Shown one piece after another: positions 19,763 to 29,592 of a stretch of 64,000 nucleotides of DNA. Numbering within the stretch: position 1 is the first letter of the stretch; every line of letters starts with the position of its first letter. The notes below the pieces were generated by a model. It worked only from the letters and a program-made list of their open reading frames with translations. It was not told the origin of the DNA and searched no databases. The stretch is taken from NCBI GenBank assembly GCA_963674865.2, contig CAXXYE010000001.1, positions 96,001-160,000 of the forward strand. The letters are read 5' to 3'. The DNA is from Candidatus Hydrogenedentota bacterium. GTDB taxonomy: Bacteria; Hydrogenedentota; Hydrogenedentia; Hydrogenedentales; SLHB01. Position numbers and translations under genes: made by a program.

Positions 19763-21103
19763 ATGCTGGTCACGATTCTCCAAGCGGCACTTGCGCTGAT
19801 TGCCAACCACTGCTTGGCCGGGGGAACGTGGTCTGAATACTCCTGGGGAGGATGGGCGGGGAGCTACCTGGTGGGACTGTGTGCTCTCGTCGGCTTTGCG
19901 CGAAGACGATGGCTCGTGCCTCCCGTGGTGTTCGGGTGCGGCATCCTGTTCGTGGCCATAACCCTGCGCCATCGGCCATTTCTTCATCCGTGCATACGCC
20001 GAGCCCTTCCGTGGGCGGCAGCGCTCCAAGTGGCGGTCTTCTCACTGGCATTCACGACTGCCGCTTGGACTCGAAGTCGATCCGCGTTTGCGCTGGCGAT
20101 GGTAGGGACTTTCCTCTGCTCCAGTCTAGTCGTGCCGTTGATTCCAAAAGAGACCATTACGCCGAAGGCCAAGTATGAGTTGCCGATGCGCGCCACCATT
20201 GCCACCATTGTGGAAGTTGACGCCCGAGGAGATAGGGCGTTGTTGGAGACCGGATGCCTCGTCGGCGATCTGCGCGTCTGGCATCGAGACGGCTGGCTGG
20301 ACATCCCTGATGAGCGGTTCGCCTACGACTGCCTGCTGGGCTGCCGTTTCCGCGAGAGCGAAGTCCGGCTTGTGTGCCGTCGATTCGATACCGAGATCTG
20401 TGAATCCTGTCATCTGGCCGTGGTGGATTGGGACGGCACGTCATGGATGGAGCGACTTAACATGGAACTACCCCTCTCGCAAGTCGCAGTGGCAGGCCAG
20501 GGCAACGTGCTTTCGCCGGATGGGGACCTGATAGTCCTCAATGGCGGTAGGTGGGTCGATCTGCAAAGTAATGAGCTGCGTGAGGGGGAGGTGCCCGCTG
20601 CTTTCGGCCCGGACACGCGCTTTCTCCAATGGTGCAGCGAGGCAAAACAGGCGGCATTCTATTCTCAGGACACCAACGAGATCCTCTTCTGGGCGCCGCG
20701 ACAAGGGGACTCAACCACCAACGCGTTGAAGATGCGGCCGCTGGCAAAGCATCCGATCAGCGTGTCGCCGGACGGCCGAAGACTCGTGTATTTCGTCGAT
20801 GAAGGCAGGAAAGCTATATGCGAAGACCTGTCCGCAGGCCGCATCAGAGAGTACGACCTTGCGGGAGCCATAATCCCTGGATGCTTTGGTGTACTGCCAC
20901 CCTCGCGCGTGCTCTGGCAATCGGGCCATGAAGTGGTTTTCAACATGCTCGGCGCACTGGCCGTTCTGGATATTACCCGATGCCGGATCACGCGGATTAC
21001 GCCACCGATGCACGGGGCCTATGATCTGTGGTGTTCTCAGTCTTCGGGGCGGTTGGCCTGGATAGCCGACCGCGGTGACCGCTGGCAACTGAGTTTCCGC
21101 TGA
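19763..21103 (+). CDS. Membrane protein, about 5 N-terminal TMs plus a beta-propeller-like domain
   Basis: Hydrophobic N-terminus and LSPDG / VSPDGRRL propeller-type motifs. Start is uncertain. Confidence 0.6.
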   Translation: MLVTILQAALALIANHCLAGGTWSEYSWGGWAGSYLVGLCALVGFARRRWLVPPVVFGCGILFVAITLRHRPFLHPCIRRALPWAAALQVAVFSLAFTTAAWTRSRSAFALAMVGTFLCSSLVVPLIPKETITPKAKYELPMRATIATIVEVDARGDRALLETGCLVGDLRVWHRDGWLDIPDERFAYDCLLGCRFRESEVRLVCRRFDTEICESCHLAVVDWDGTSWMERLNMELPLSQVAVAGQGNVLSPDGDLIVLNGGRWVDLQSNELREGEVPAAFGPDTRFLQWCSEAKQAAFYSQDTNEILFWAPRQGDSTTNALKMRPLAKHPISVSPDGRRLVYFVDEGRKAICEDLSAGRIREYDLAGAIIPGCFGVLPPSRVLWQSGHEVVFNMLGALAVLDITRCRITRITPPMHGAYDLWCSQSSGRLAWIADRGDRWQLSFR

Positions 21104-21134
21104 CAAGCCGCCAGTGCGAGCGAATGAGGGCAGA

Positions 21135-21356
21135 ATGATGGACCTGAGCATTCCAGATGTCATGCTTCCTTGGCTGGCCGGGCGGGAACTTGAGCCGGTT
21201 GCCAGGGGATATAGCCTGGCTCGTGTCTTTCGCGTTCCATCGCTTGATGGACGAGTTCTTCTGAGGAGTACCCAGGCCTATCGTGCCTCTCCACACACGC
21301 TGGGTGCCATTACTACGTTTTGGAAGTCCTTCGGCTTTCTTCCTACTGAATTGTAG
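21135..21356 (+). pseudogene. Possible truncated aminoglycoside/choline phosphotransferase-like fragment
   Basis: LEPVARGYSLARVFRV......VLLR resembles the APH-family N-lobe. No catalytic HGD motif follows. Confidence 0.3.
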
Positions 21357-21637
21357 CAACAATGCGCCGAGGCAACACGGGGGTAGGAAGTCGCCGGGCC
21401 GGATGGCGCTCATCCAAGACGCTGTTTCAGGCCGTCGCCCGCCTGTGCGACGGGGGGGCGCATCGAATTCCGCCGCTGTGTTGATGCCCATACTCACCCG
21501 CAGCAATGGGCCGATACACCGCTGTTATCAAGGCGAAATGCGCTGGGAGCCGCGTGTCTGAACCATCCGCCTCCCCGCCGCAATGGGGACGGCGAGACGG
21601 CCTCCCGTGGTCTGCGCAGGCACAAACCTACCGGCCT

Positions 21638-21652
21638 TGGCATGGTGTTTGC
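21638..21652 (+). promoter_or_regulatory. Sigma54 -24/-12 promoter of amtB-glnK
   Basis: TGGCATGGTGTTTGC has exact GG-N10-GC spacing and lies about 75 bp upstream of amtB. Confidence 0.8.
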
Positions 21653-21727
21653 GTTGAACAGGGCGTTCCGTTGTCTAACTGGCTGTCCCTGGTAAAGCAC
21701 AAGTAAACACGAAAGGATTTGGTAGCG

Positions 21728-23146
21728 ATGGGCTTCAAAACGAGCGGCACGAAAAGAAGAGTCTTACCATACGCCCTGCTGGCTCTTGTCCTCACGGTAG
21801 GTGCCATGGGCGTTGCGTCTGCCCAGGATGAGGCGGCTCCTCCCGAGGCCGCCGCGGCTTCCGCTGAGGCCCTGGAGCAGTTGCAGTACAATCTGAACGT
21901 GGTGTGGACCTGTGTAGCGGCGTTCCTCGTCATGTTCATGCAGGCCGGATTCGCCATGGTGGAAACCGGCCTGACACGCGCCAAGAACGCGGTAAACATC
22001 CTGATGAAGAATATGATCGACTTCGCCGTCGGCTCCATCGTGTTCTTCTTAATAGGCTTCGGCTTCATGTTCGGGGCCAACGCGACGGGACTGATCGGCA
22101 CCTCAGGCTTCTTCCTCAGCGACATCAACTGGGCCGCCGATGCCCCTACCACGCAGTGGCCCTGGACCTTTCTTATTTTCCAGACCGTCTTCTGCGCAAC
22201 GGCTGCTACCATCGTGTCCGGCGCCATGGCCGAACGCACGAAGTTCAAGGCCTACCTAGTCTATAGCGCCGTCATCAGCGCCATCATCTACCCGATCTTC
22301 GGATCCTGGGCGTGGGGCGGCCTGCTCAACGGCGGCGGCTGGCTGGAAAGCCTCTCAATCCCATTCTGCGACTTCGCCGGTTCCACGGTAGTCCACTCCG
22401 TGGGCGGCTGGTTGGCGCTTGCCGGCGCCATCGTGCTCGGGCCGCGCTTCGGCAAGTACGGGCCTGACGGCAAGCCAAGGGCCTTGCCGGGGCACAGCCT
22501 TCCGCTGGCCGCGTTGGGCGTGTTCATCCTCTGGCTCGGTTGGTTTGGTTTCAATCCGGGCAGCACAACAGTGGGCGACGGCGAGATAGGCTACGTCGCC
22601 GTGACGACCAACCTCGCCGCGGCGGCCGGCGCCCTCGCTGCCATGTTCGCGTCCTGGGCATTCTTCAAGAAGCCCGAAGCCTCGATGACCCTGAACGGCG
22701 CACTGGCCGGCCTCGTAGCCATTACCGCCCCGTGTTACACCGTCGGCCCAATCAGCGCGTGCATCATCGGCCTTGTGGCGGGCGTTCTCGTGGTCGTGAG
22801 CGTGCTCACCATCGACCGCGTCCTCAAGATCGACGACCCGGTGGGCGCCGTGAGCGTCCACGGCGTCTGCGGCGCGTGGGGCACGCTGTCTTGCGGGCTC
22901 TTCAACAGCGTGAACAGCGATGTCAACGGCCTATTCTTCGGCGGCGGCTTCAGCCAGTTGATCACCCAGGCGATCGGCGTCGGCGCCGGCTTCCTCTGGG
23001 CCTTTGGCACGGGACTTGTCCTGTTCTATCTGATCAAACTGACCGTCGGCATCCGTGTGACGGCAGACGAAGAGCAGAAGGGCCTCGACATCGGCGAACA
23101 CGGCATGGAGGCCTACAGCGGCTTCCAGATCTTCGTCACCCAGTAG
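21728..23146 (+). CDS. amtB: Ammonium transporter
   Basis: FMQAGFAMVE.G, SGAMAER, DFAGSTVVH, WFGFNPGS and DDPVGAVSVHG. Confidence 0.97.
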   Translation: MGFKTSGTKRRVLPYALLALVLTVGAMGVASAQDEAAPPEAAAASAEALEQLQYNLNVVWTCVAAFLVMFMQAGFAMVETGLTRAKNAVNILMKNMIDFAVGSIVFFLIGFGFMFGANATGLIGTSGFFLSDINWAADAPTTQWPWTFLIFQTVFCATAATIVSGAMAERTKFKAYLVYSAVISAIIYPIFGSWAWGGLLNGGGWLESLSIPFCDFAGSTVVHSVGGWLALAGAIVLGPRFGKYGPDGKPRALPGHSLPLAALGVFILWLGWFGFNPGSTTVGDGEIGYVAVTTNLAAAAGALAAMFASWAFFKKPEASMTLNGALAGLVAITAPCYTVGPISACIIGLVAGVLVVVSVLTIDRVLKIDDPVGAVSVHGVCGAWGTLSCGLFNSVNSDVNGLFFGGGFSQLITQAIGVGAGFLWAFGTGLVLFYLIKLTVGIRVTADEEQKGLDIGEHGMEAYSGFQIFVTQ

Positions 23147-23185
23147 TGTCCGCGTGATAACCAAGCAAGACAGGAGATTCCAATC

Positions 23186-23527
23186 ATGAAACTGGTGATT
23201 GCCTATATCCAACCCGAGAGGCTGGACGACGTGAAGCGCTCCCTGATGGACGAGAAAGTCGGAAAGATGTCCGTAACCAACGCCCTCGGATGCGGCCAGC
23301 AGATGGGATACGCGGAGACCTACCGCGGCGTGCCCTTCGAGGTTAACCTCCTGAAGAAGGTACGCCTTGAGATCGCCGTCAACGATGACTTCCTCGACCG
23401 CACCATCGAGGCCATCGTGCGGGGCGCCAACACGAACACCATAGGCGACGGCAAGATCTTCGTTCTCGATCTCGCCGCCTGCATTCGGATACGGACAGGC
23501 GAAACAGGCTCAACAGCCATAGGCTGA
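23186..23527 (+). CDS. glnK: PII nitrogen regulatory protein
   Basis: YRG T-loop tyrosine, IGDGKIFV and IRIRTGE. Adjacent to amtB. Confidence 0.95.
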   Translation: MKLVIAYIQPERLDDVKRSLMDEKVGKMSVTNALGCGQQMGYAETYRGVPFEVNLLKKVRLEIAVNDDFLDRTIEAIVRGANTNTIGDGKIFVLDLAACIRIRTGETGSTAIG

Positions 23528-23581
23528 CACATGCTGATGCTGCATCCGGTGCCCGCTGGATGCCTTACGCACCTCCCCCGT

Positions 23582-23619
23582 GCGCTCCCCTCCTCTCACC
23601 GGAGGGGAGCGCGCACTTT
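23582..23619 (+). terminator. Probable intrinsic terminator
   Basis: 12-bp stem GCGCTCCCCTCC / GGAGGGGAGCGC followed by a short T run. Confidence 0.6.
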
Positions 23620-24075
23620 ATGTCCGCGAGATTCCGCTGCGCACACACCCGCCTTCACACCATGTCACCACAAAGACCCCAAGCCACAGGAGACTTCGAT
23701 GTCATCGTGCCGACGAACACGCAACTGGGCATCAAGATATCTTCTCCGAGCTGTCTTTTCCGTTCCACGTGGCTTTGCGTGAGCCAAGTCCGCTCATCAT
23801 CTATCCTCTGCGTACCTCCGCGGTCTCTGGAGCTCTGCGTTCACATCTCCGCAACGCCGTGCCGAGCGCCCCCAGGATTCCGCCGAGCAACCGCGCCTGG
23901 CCCTTGCCTCTCCCTTCGTGCCTTTTCGTGTTTTTCGTGGCTTCGTGGTGGACAATTCACCCACCCCTTTCTGCGCTGGTTGAAGCGCAGGAGGCCTATC
24001 ACGATAATGGGGGCCGTTCATCTCCGGCGCCCACGTTGTCGGGGCCTATTTCAGGGGCAGACAGAGGGATGTGTC

Positions 24076-25377
24076 ATGAAGCTTTCCGACCTTGAAAAGC
24101 ATCTTGTTGCGGCCATGGAATCGTGGGAGATCATCGACTGCCACGAGCACCTCGGGCCCGAAAGCCGCCGCTTGGGCAAAGAGGTGGATGTATTCACCCT
24201 CTTCGCCCATTACACCCGCGGCGACCTCGCCGTTGCCCGCATGAGCCAGGATGAGTACCAATCCTTGTTCAACCAGGACATCCCCCTCGAGCGGCGCTGG
24301 GCCATCTTCGCGCCGTATTGGGAGCAGATACGGTGGGGGTCCTACGCCCGCGCCGCGCTCCTGGCCGCGAAGAAGTTCTACGGCGCCGACGACATCAACG
24401 AAGACACCTATCAGTCGATCTCCGCAGCCATGAAGAAGGCCAACACGCCCGGTATCTACGAGCGCATTCTGAAAGAAGCGTGCAATATCCGGACTTCGCT
24501 GACGCAGTGCGGTTCGACCGACCTCGGCGGCACGCCTCTCCTCACGCCGGTGATGCCCATGATCTACGAGGTCGAGACGTGGGCGGCGATTTCACGCCCG
24601 AAGTTCGAGCCTGACGCCCATATCCGCTCCGTGGACGACTTCCTCGATGCCATGCGCCGCTATGTTGTGCGCGTGAAAGGGGAGGGGGCCGTCGGTTTGA
24701 AGATGATGTCCAATCCCTTCGAGGCCCCGAGCCGCGAAGATGCCATGCGCGCATTCCGGTGGCTTCAGACGGCCAGCGCCGACGAGTTGCCCGCCGGTGA
24801 CTCCCTCAAGGAATCGCGCGATGCATTCGCGCAGACGGCGAGCGGCGAAAAACGCCTGCCGAAGCTGAATCCACTGCGCGACTACATTGTGGACGAGACG
24901 ATCAAGATCGCCGCCGAAGAGGACATGGTTGTCTGTGTGCATACCGGCTATTGGGGGGATTTCCGTACGCTCGACCCGCTCCACCTGATTCCCATTCTCC
25001 AGCGGCATCCCGACACACGGTTTGATGTATACCATCTTGGCTACCCCTGGATGCGCGAAGCCCTGATGCTCGGCAAAGGCTTCCCCAATGTCTGGCTCAA
25101 CTTGTGCTGGACGCACATCATCTCGCAGCAATTCGTCGTGACGGCGCTCAACGAGGCCATCGATCTTATCCCGATGAACAAGATCCTCGCCTTTGGCGGC
25201 GACTACGGCACGCCCGTCGAGAAGGTGTACGGACATCTTGTCATGGCGCGGGAAGATATTGCCCGCGTGCTGGCGGGAAGGATCGAAGACGGGCAGATGA
25301 GCGAGTCGCAGGCCCTGGCCATCGCGAAGAAATGGTTCTGGGACAACCCGGTGGAACTCTACAAGCTCGACGTTTGA
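24076..25377 (+). CDS. Amidohydrolase-superfamily protein
   Basis: IIDCHEH, GLK, VHTG, YHLGYP and FGGDY. The upstream in-frame extension is repeat DNA. Confidence 0.85.
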   Translation: MKLSDLEKHLVAAMESWEIIDCHEHLGPESRRLGKEVDVFTLFAHYTRGDLAVARMSQDEYQSLFNQDIPLERRWAIFAPYWEQIRWGSYARAALLAAKKFYGADDINEDTYQSISAAMKKANTPGIYERILKEACNIRTSLTQCGSTDLGGTPLLTPVMPMIYEVETWAAISRPKFEPDAHIRSVDDFLDAMRRYVVRVKGEGAVGLKMMSNPFEAPSREDAMRAFRWLQTASADELPAGDSLKESRDAFAQTASGEKRLPKLNPLRDYIVDETIKIAAEEDMVVCVHTGYWGDFRTLDPLHLIPILQRHPDTRFDVYHLGYPWMREALMLGKGFPNVWLNLCWTHIISQQFVVTALNEAIDLIPMNKILAFGGDYGTPVEKVYGHLVMAREDIARVLAGRIEDGQMSESQALAIAKKWFWDNPVELYKLDV

Positions 25378-25423
25378 GTTGGCCGCCGGCGCATCCCATC
25401 TATTTGCGGAGGAGAAACGCAGA

Positions 25424-28087
25424 ATGCGTGCAAAGGCGTTCTATTGCGCGGGCACTCACTGGGATCGGGAATGGTATGAGCCGTTCCAGGAGTACCGGAT
25501 GTGGCTCGTCGAATTGATTGACGAGTTGATGGCCCTTATGGAGCGGGCGCCCGAGTACCGCTGTTTCCATCTCGACGGCCAGGCCGTTGTCCTTGAAGAC
25601 TACCTCGCCATTCGGCCGGAGCGGGCCGGACGGCTCGTCAAGCTGATGAAGGAAAGCCGCGTCGTAGCCGGCCCGTGGTACGTGCTGCCGGATGAGTGGC
25701 TCGTCTCCGGTGAAAGTTTCATCCGGAATCTGATGACGGGGATGCGCGTCTGCCGCGAACTCGGCGTCGAGCCGATGCCTTTTGGATATACGCCCGACCA
25801 GTTCGGCCATATCGCCGCCCTGCCCATGATCATGACGGGCTTCGGATTCCAGACGGGCATCTGCTGGCGAGGCACACAGAATGAAACGCATGCGGCCCAC
25901 TTCGTCTGGATCGGCCCGGACGGCAGTCGCATGTTGACCTGCAAACTCAGCGATGAGGGCAGCTACGCCCCATTCAAGTTTGCCGTGAGAGACCGCGTCA
26001 AACGCGACGGCATGACCGACGAGAGTTACGCGGAGCACTTCAATCCATACTTCGACAGAGAACTTGCCCGGGGGGCCGCACCGCTGGTGTTGATGCTCGA
26101 TGCCATCGATCATGAGTCGGCCGATCCTGAAATGCCGCGGATACTTGACGACTTGCAGCGGCTCTACCCCGATATCGAGTTCGTCTGGGGCGCCTTACCG
26201 GAGTTTGCCGAAGAGCTGCATCGCCGTGCGGAGTCATTTCCCGAATACGAAGGGGAACTCCGGCAGCCGGCACGCGCCTCAGGCCGCGGCGGGCAATACC
26301 TCATCGTCCACACCCTTTCATCCCGGTATCCCATCAAGCAGCGCAACGACACTTGCCAGGCCCTCTTGGAGAAGTGGGCGGAGCCCTATGCGCTATTTCA
26401 TCAGATGGCCGGCGGCACGCCCATCGTGAAATACCTTGACGAGGCGTGGAGGCATCTCCTCAAGAACCACCCGCACGATTCCATTTGCGGCTGTAGCATC
26501 GACCAGGTGCATCGAGACATGCGGTTCCGCTTTGACCAATGCGAGCAGATAGCCGACGGACTAATCCGCCGAGCGATGGCTCATTTGGCAAAGGCCGCGG
26601 CCGCGAACGAGGCCACCTCCAACATCGTCGTGCACAATCCTCTGCCGTGGGCGCGCCGCGGCGTCTTCGAGATCGCTGTACCTTTCAACACCGACTGGCC
26701 CAAGCGCTTCGTCGATGGGCTGTCCACCGGAGAGCGGATCAACAAGTTTGTCCTCGTAAAGCAAGATGGTGGCCGGGTGCCTTTTCAGCTCCACGCCATT
26801 GAGCGAAACGTCCTCTACAAGCGCTTGCGAGAAAACGGGCGGAAGTCGAATGGGCGCGGCGACGTGTACCACCTTGCCGTCGAGATGGACCTGCCGCCCT
26901 GCGGCTATACCGGCTTCCGCGTCGAGCCCATCGACGAGGCCACGCGGAACTTCGGTAGCCTGATGACGGCCCCTCTGGCCGCCTCCAATGATCTGCTTTC
27001 CTTCTCACTGAGTCCTGACGGACTCGGAAGGCTGGTGGATGAAGAGACCGGCCGCTCCTGGGAGAACCTTTTCCTCTACGATGATTGCGGTGACTGCGGC
27101 GACGGATGGACCCTTGGCCGAGTCACCGATGACACCGTCTATCGCGGCCCAGGGGCGAGTGTCTCGACCGCCATTGATGAGGACGGCCCCCTGCGCACCG
27201 TCTTTCGCGTTGAACGGCACTTTGATGTCCCTGCTCAACTCGACCCTTCGACGGGCGCCCGTTCCCGTGAGCGCGTCGGCCTGGAGATTACCGACAGGAT
27301 TTACCTTGAGAAGGGCGCGCCCTTCCTTCGCGTGCGAACGCGCATCAAGAATGCGTGTAGCGACCACCGCCTTCGTGTGCTTCTTCCGCTGGGCGCACCT
27401 GCCGAGGCCAGCTTCGCCGAGACGCCTTTCGCCATCGTCGAGCGTCCGGTGGCCATCCCCGAGGAAACGGCCGCCTGGCACGAGCGCATCAACCCGGAAA
27501 CCGCCTTCAGTACCTTTGTCGGCCTGCGGGACGGCTCAGGCGGCTTCGCGGTTTTGGCGCCGTTCGGCCTACACGAGTACGAGGTCCTGCAGACGCCCGA
27601 GCGCACCTTGGCGCTCACGCTCTTTCGCGCAACGGGCCAGACGGTTGGCACTCCCGGGGAAGCCGATGGCCAACTCCATGACACCATGGAATTCGAGTAC
27701 CTGCTCTACCCCTTCCGGGGCGGCTTTGACGCCGTTGAGGCCTCGCGGCTGGTGGCCGGGGCGCAGGTGGGCACACGATCACACGCCACGGAGACGCTTC
27801 CTCAGGATCGATCCTTCCTCAAACTGCATGCCGGGGCGGCGGTCGTGACCGCCATCAAGCCCGCCGCGGACGAGGGCGGGGGAATCGTCCGGCTGTGGAA
27901 TCCGACGGCCATTGACGTCTGCGATGTTCTCAAGGTCAATTGCAGTGTTCTCTCGGCCAAACGCTGCACGCTGGATGAGCAGCCCCTCGAGGCCCTGGAC
28001 CTGAATGGCGACGGAAGCATATCCATTATCGTCCCCGCCGGTGGGCTGGCTACCGTGCGTTTCACTTGGGCCACAGGACAGGAGTAG
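25424..28087 (+). CDS. Alpha-mannosidase, GH38 (MngB-like)
   Basis: THWDREWY, FHLDGQ...EDY, GPWY.LPDE.L.SGE, PDQFGH and NHPHDSICGCSID.VH. GGAGGAG RBS. Confidence 0.92.
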   Translation: MRAKAFYCAGTHWDREWYEPFQEYRMWLVELIDELMALMERAPEYRCFHLDGQAVVLEDYLAIRPERAGRLVKLMKESRVVAGPWYVLPDEWLVSGESFIRNLMTGMRVCRELGVEPMPFGYTPDQFGHIAALPMIMTGFGFQTGICWRGTQNETHAAHFVWIGPDGSRMLTCKLSDEGSYAPFKFAVRDRVKRDGMTDESYAEHFNPYFDRELARGAAPLVLMLDAIDHESADPEMPRILDDLQRLYPDIEFVWGALPEFAEELHRRAESFPEYEGELRQPARASGRGGQYLIVHTLSSRYPIKQRNDTCQALLEKWAEPYALFHQMAGGTPIVKYLDEAWRHLLKNHPHDSICGCSIDQVHRDMRFRFDQCEQIADGLIRRAMAHLAKAAAANEATSNIVVHNPLPWARRGVFEIAVPFNTDWPKRFVDGLSTGERINKFVLVKQDGGRVPFQLHAIERNVLYKRLRENGRKSNGRGDVYHLAVEMDLPPCGYTGFRVEPIDEATRNFGSLMTAPLAASNDLLSFSLSPDGLGRLVDEETGRSWENLFLYDDCGDCGDGWTLGRVTDDTVYRGPGASVSTAIDEDGPLRTVFRVERHFDVPAQLDPSTGARSRERVGLEITDRIYLEKGAPFLRVRTRIKNACSDHRLRVLLPLGAPAEASFAETPFAIVERPVAIPEETAAWHERINPETAFSTFVGLRDGSGGFAVLAPFGLHEYEVLQTPERTLALTLFRATGQTVGTPGEADGQLHDTMEFEYLLYPFRGGFDAVEASRLVAGAQVGTRSHATETLPQDRSFLKLHAGAAVVTAIKPAADEGGGIVRLWNPTAIDVCDVLKVNCSVLSAKRCTLDEQPLEALDLNGDGSISIIVPAGGLATVRFTWATGQE

Positions 28088-28291
28088 TCCCGGCCAGTAA
28101 CGAGGGGACCGGGCGCTTCGTGGAAAAATGGGTGAAGTTTGCGCATCAGTGACTTGACATAAAGCGCCTGATAACGATAAACTCTTTACAACTCGTGTGA
28201 TGTGCGTAGTACCACGCAGCAACGCCGGGTCGTGTCGAATGGGGAGTTCAACGGTATTGTTCAATGCGAGCAACGAAGGAGGCAAGGCAAA

Positions 28292-28465
28292 GTGAGTCAC
28301 ATTCAGCGTATTTCGAGGGAATGCCCGGCTAAGGCCGCTCTGTGGCAGGATGTCATGTGCGAAGCCAACGAGGTGTTGCTTCAGCTATTGAGCGCCAAAG
28401 GCGGCGAACTGCCCATCTTGGAGTTCATTTCCGACAAGTGCGACTTGCCGACGGACGAAACCTAG
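28292..28465 (+). CDS. Putative small protein (57 aa)
   Basis: AAGGAGG RBS upstream of the GTG. TTGACA at 28154 with a possible -10 TAAACT. Confidence 0.4.
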   Translation: MSHIQRISRECPAKAALWQDVMCEANEVLLQLLSAKGGELPILEFISDKCDLPTDET

Positions 28466-28671
28466 ACCGCCAAACGCCTGTCGGGCTCTTGCACACTGCG
28501 AGTGGGTGGAGCATGCGCCCCCATGCCTGAAGGTTGACGCCAGGGGGCCTTATTCCCGATAGAGTAGGCACATGGCTACGGCCTATGGCTGGAGGCATGT
28601 GTGATCGCGCCCAAGGTGAAGTACTGTCGGGTTGACACTAGGATCGCGGGAGGGAAACGCGCGGAAAACTA

Positions 28672-28700
28672 TTGACAATGCTCAGTTTATCCCGCATAAT
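28672..28700 (+). promoter_or_regulatory. Sigma70 promoter of the lipoprotein locus
   Basis: TTGACA-N17-CATAAT. Confidence 0.7.
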
Positions 28701-28797
28701 AGCACCGCTCGACATAGGAGAAACGCGCGTCAATGATTGATTGGGTGAATTCACGCCGGGATTGTGCCGGGAAACGTCGATAGGGGTGGAGGCCATC

Positions 28798-29385
28798 ATG
28801 AAAATGAATCATCGGAGGTTCTTGGGGCTTCTCGGGCTGGTCGTAGGTGCTGGAATCATTCTGACGGGTTGCCCGAAAAGCGCAAGCATTGTGATATTTG
28901 AGGATTCGGCGCTCGATGCGGCCGTCCGGGACGCCATAGGCAAGCCGTTCGGATTTCTCACGCAGGAGGACTGCAAAGAACTCCTGGCGCTGGACGCCCG
29001 CAATATGTCGATCACCAGCCTTGAGGGCCTGGAAAACTGCACGAATCTCATATCTTTGGACTTAGATACCAACAATATTTCTGATATTTCGCCATTGAGC
29101 AACCTCATCAATCTCGTTTACGTAAATCTCGACAGCAATGAGATTACCAACATCGCCCCCCTGGCGGGATTGGTCAATCTGGACGGCTTGTCCCTTTTTG
29201 ACAATCAGGTCGGCGATATCTCAGCCCTCGTGACGAATGCCCTGAACGGCGGGCTTGGCGAGAACGACTTCGTCATTCTCGATGAAGATACGCTGGACGA
29301 AGACGCCCTACAGGATGTCGAATTGCTCGAAGCGGCCCCGCCGCTTGGTTTCGGCGTCAACGTTATCCTCGCCACCGGCGCGTAA
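28798..29385 (+). CDS. Internalin-like leucine-rich-repeat lipoprotein
   Basis: LTGC lipobox, F.D.AL...VR cap, and 22-aa LxxLxLxxNxIxDIxPL repeats. Confidence 0.85.
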   Translation: MKMNHRRFLGLLGLVVGAGIILTGCPKSASIVIFEDSALDAAVRDAIGKPFGFLTQEDCKELLALDARNMSITSLEGLENCTNLISLDLDTNNISDISPLSNLINLVYVNLDSNEITNIAPLAGLVNLDGLSLFDNQVGDISALVTNALNGGLGENDFVILDEDTLDEDALQDVELLEAAPPLGFGVNVILATGA

Positions 29386-29592
29386 GCGAAGGGATGACGC
29401 ACCGGTTCGAGAGGTCGTTCTCTCACGCAGGATCGGCCATTATCTGGGGAGAACGGGCCGAGAGAATGGGAGCAAGAAGACAACGCGACGTTTTCTACTT
29501 GGTTTTGACGAGACAGCGTGGGTAGGTCAACGAACGGGCTGCAGGCCCGGAACACGTGGCCCTGCCCTTAGGACTACGGTGAGGGGTTTCCT

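Noticed and set aside
21470..21520. NtrC binding sites upstream of amtB
   Set aside because: Only weak TGCCCA-type half-sites with wrong spacing.
23560..24075. N-terminal extension of the 605-aa ORF
   Set aside because: It runs through a terminator and low-complexity repeats. The real start with RBS is at 24076.
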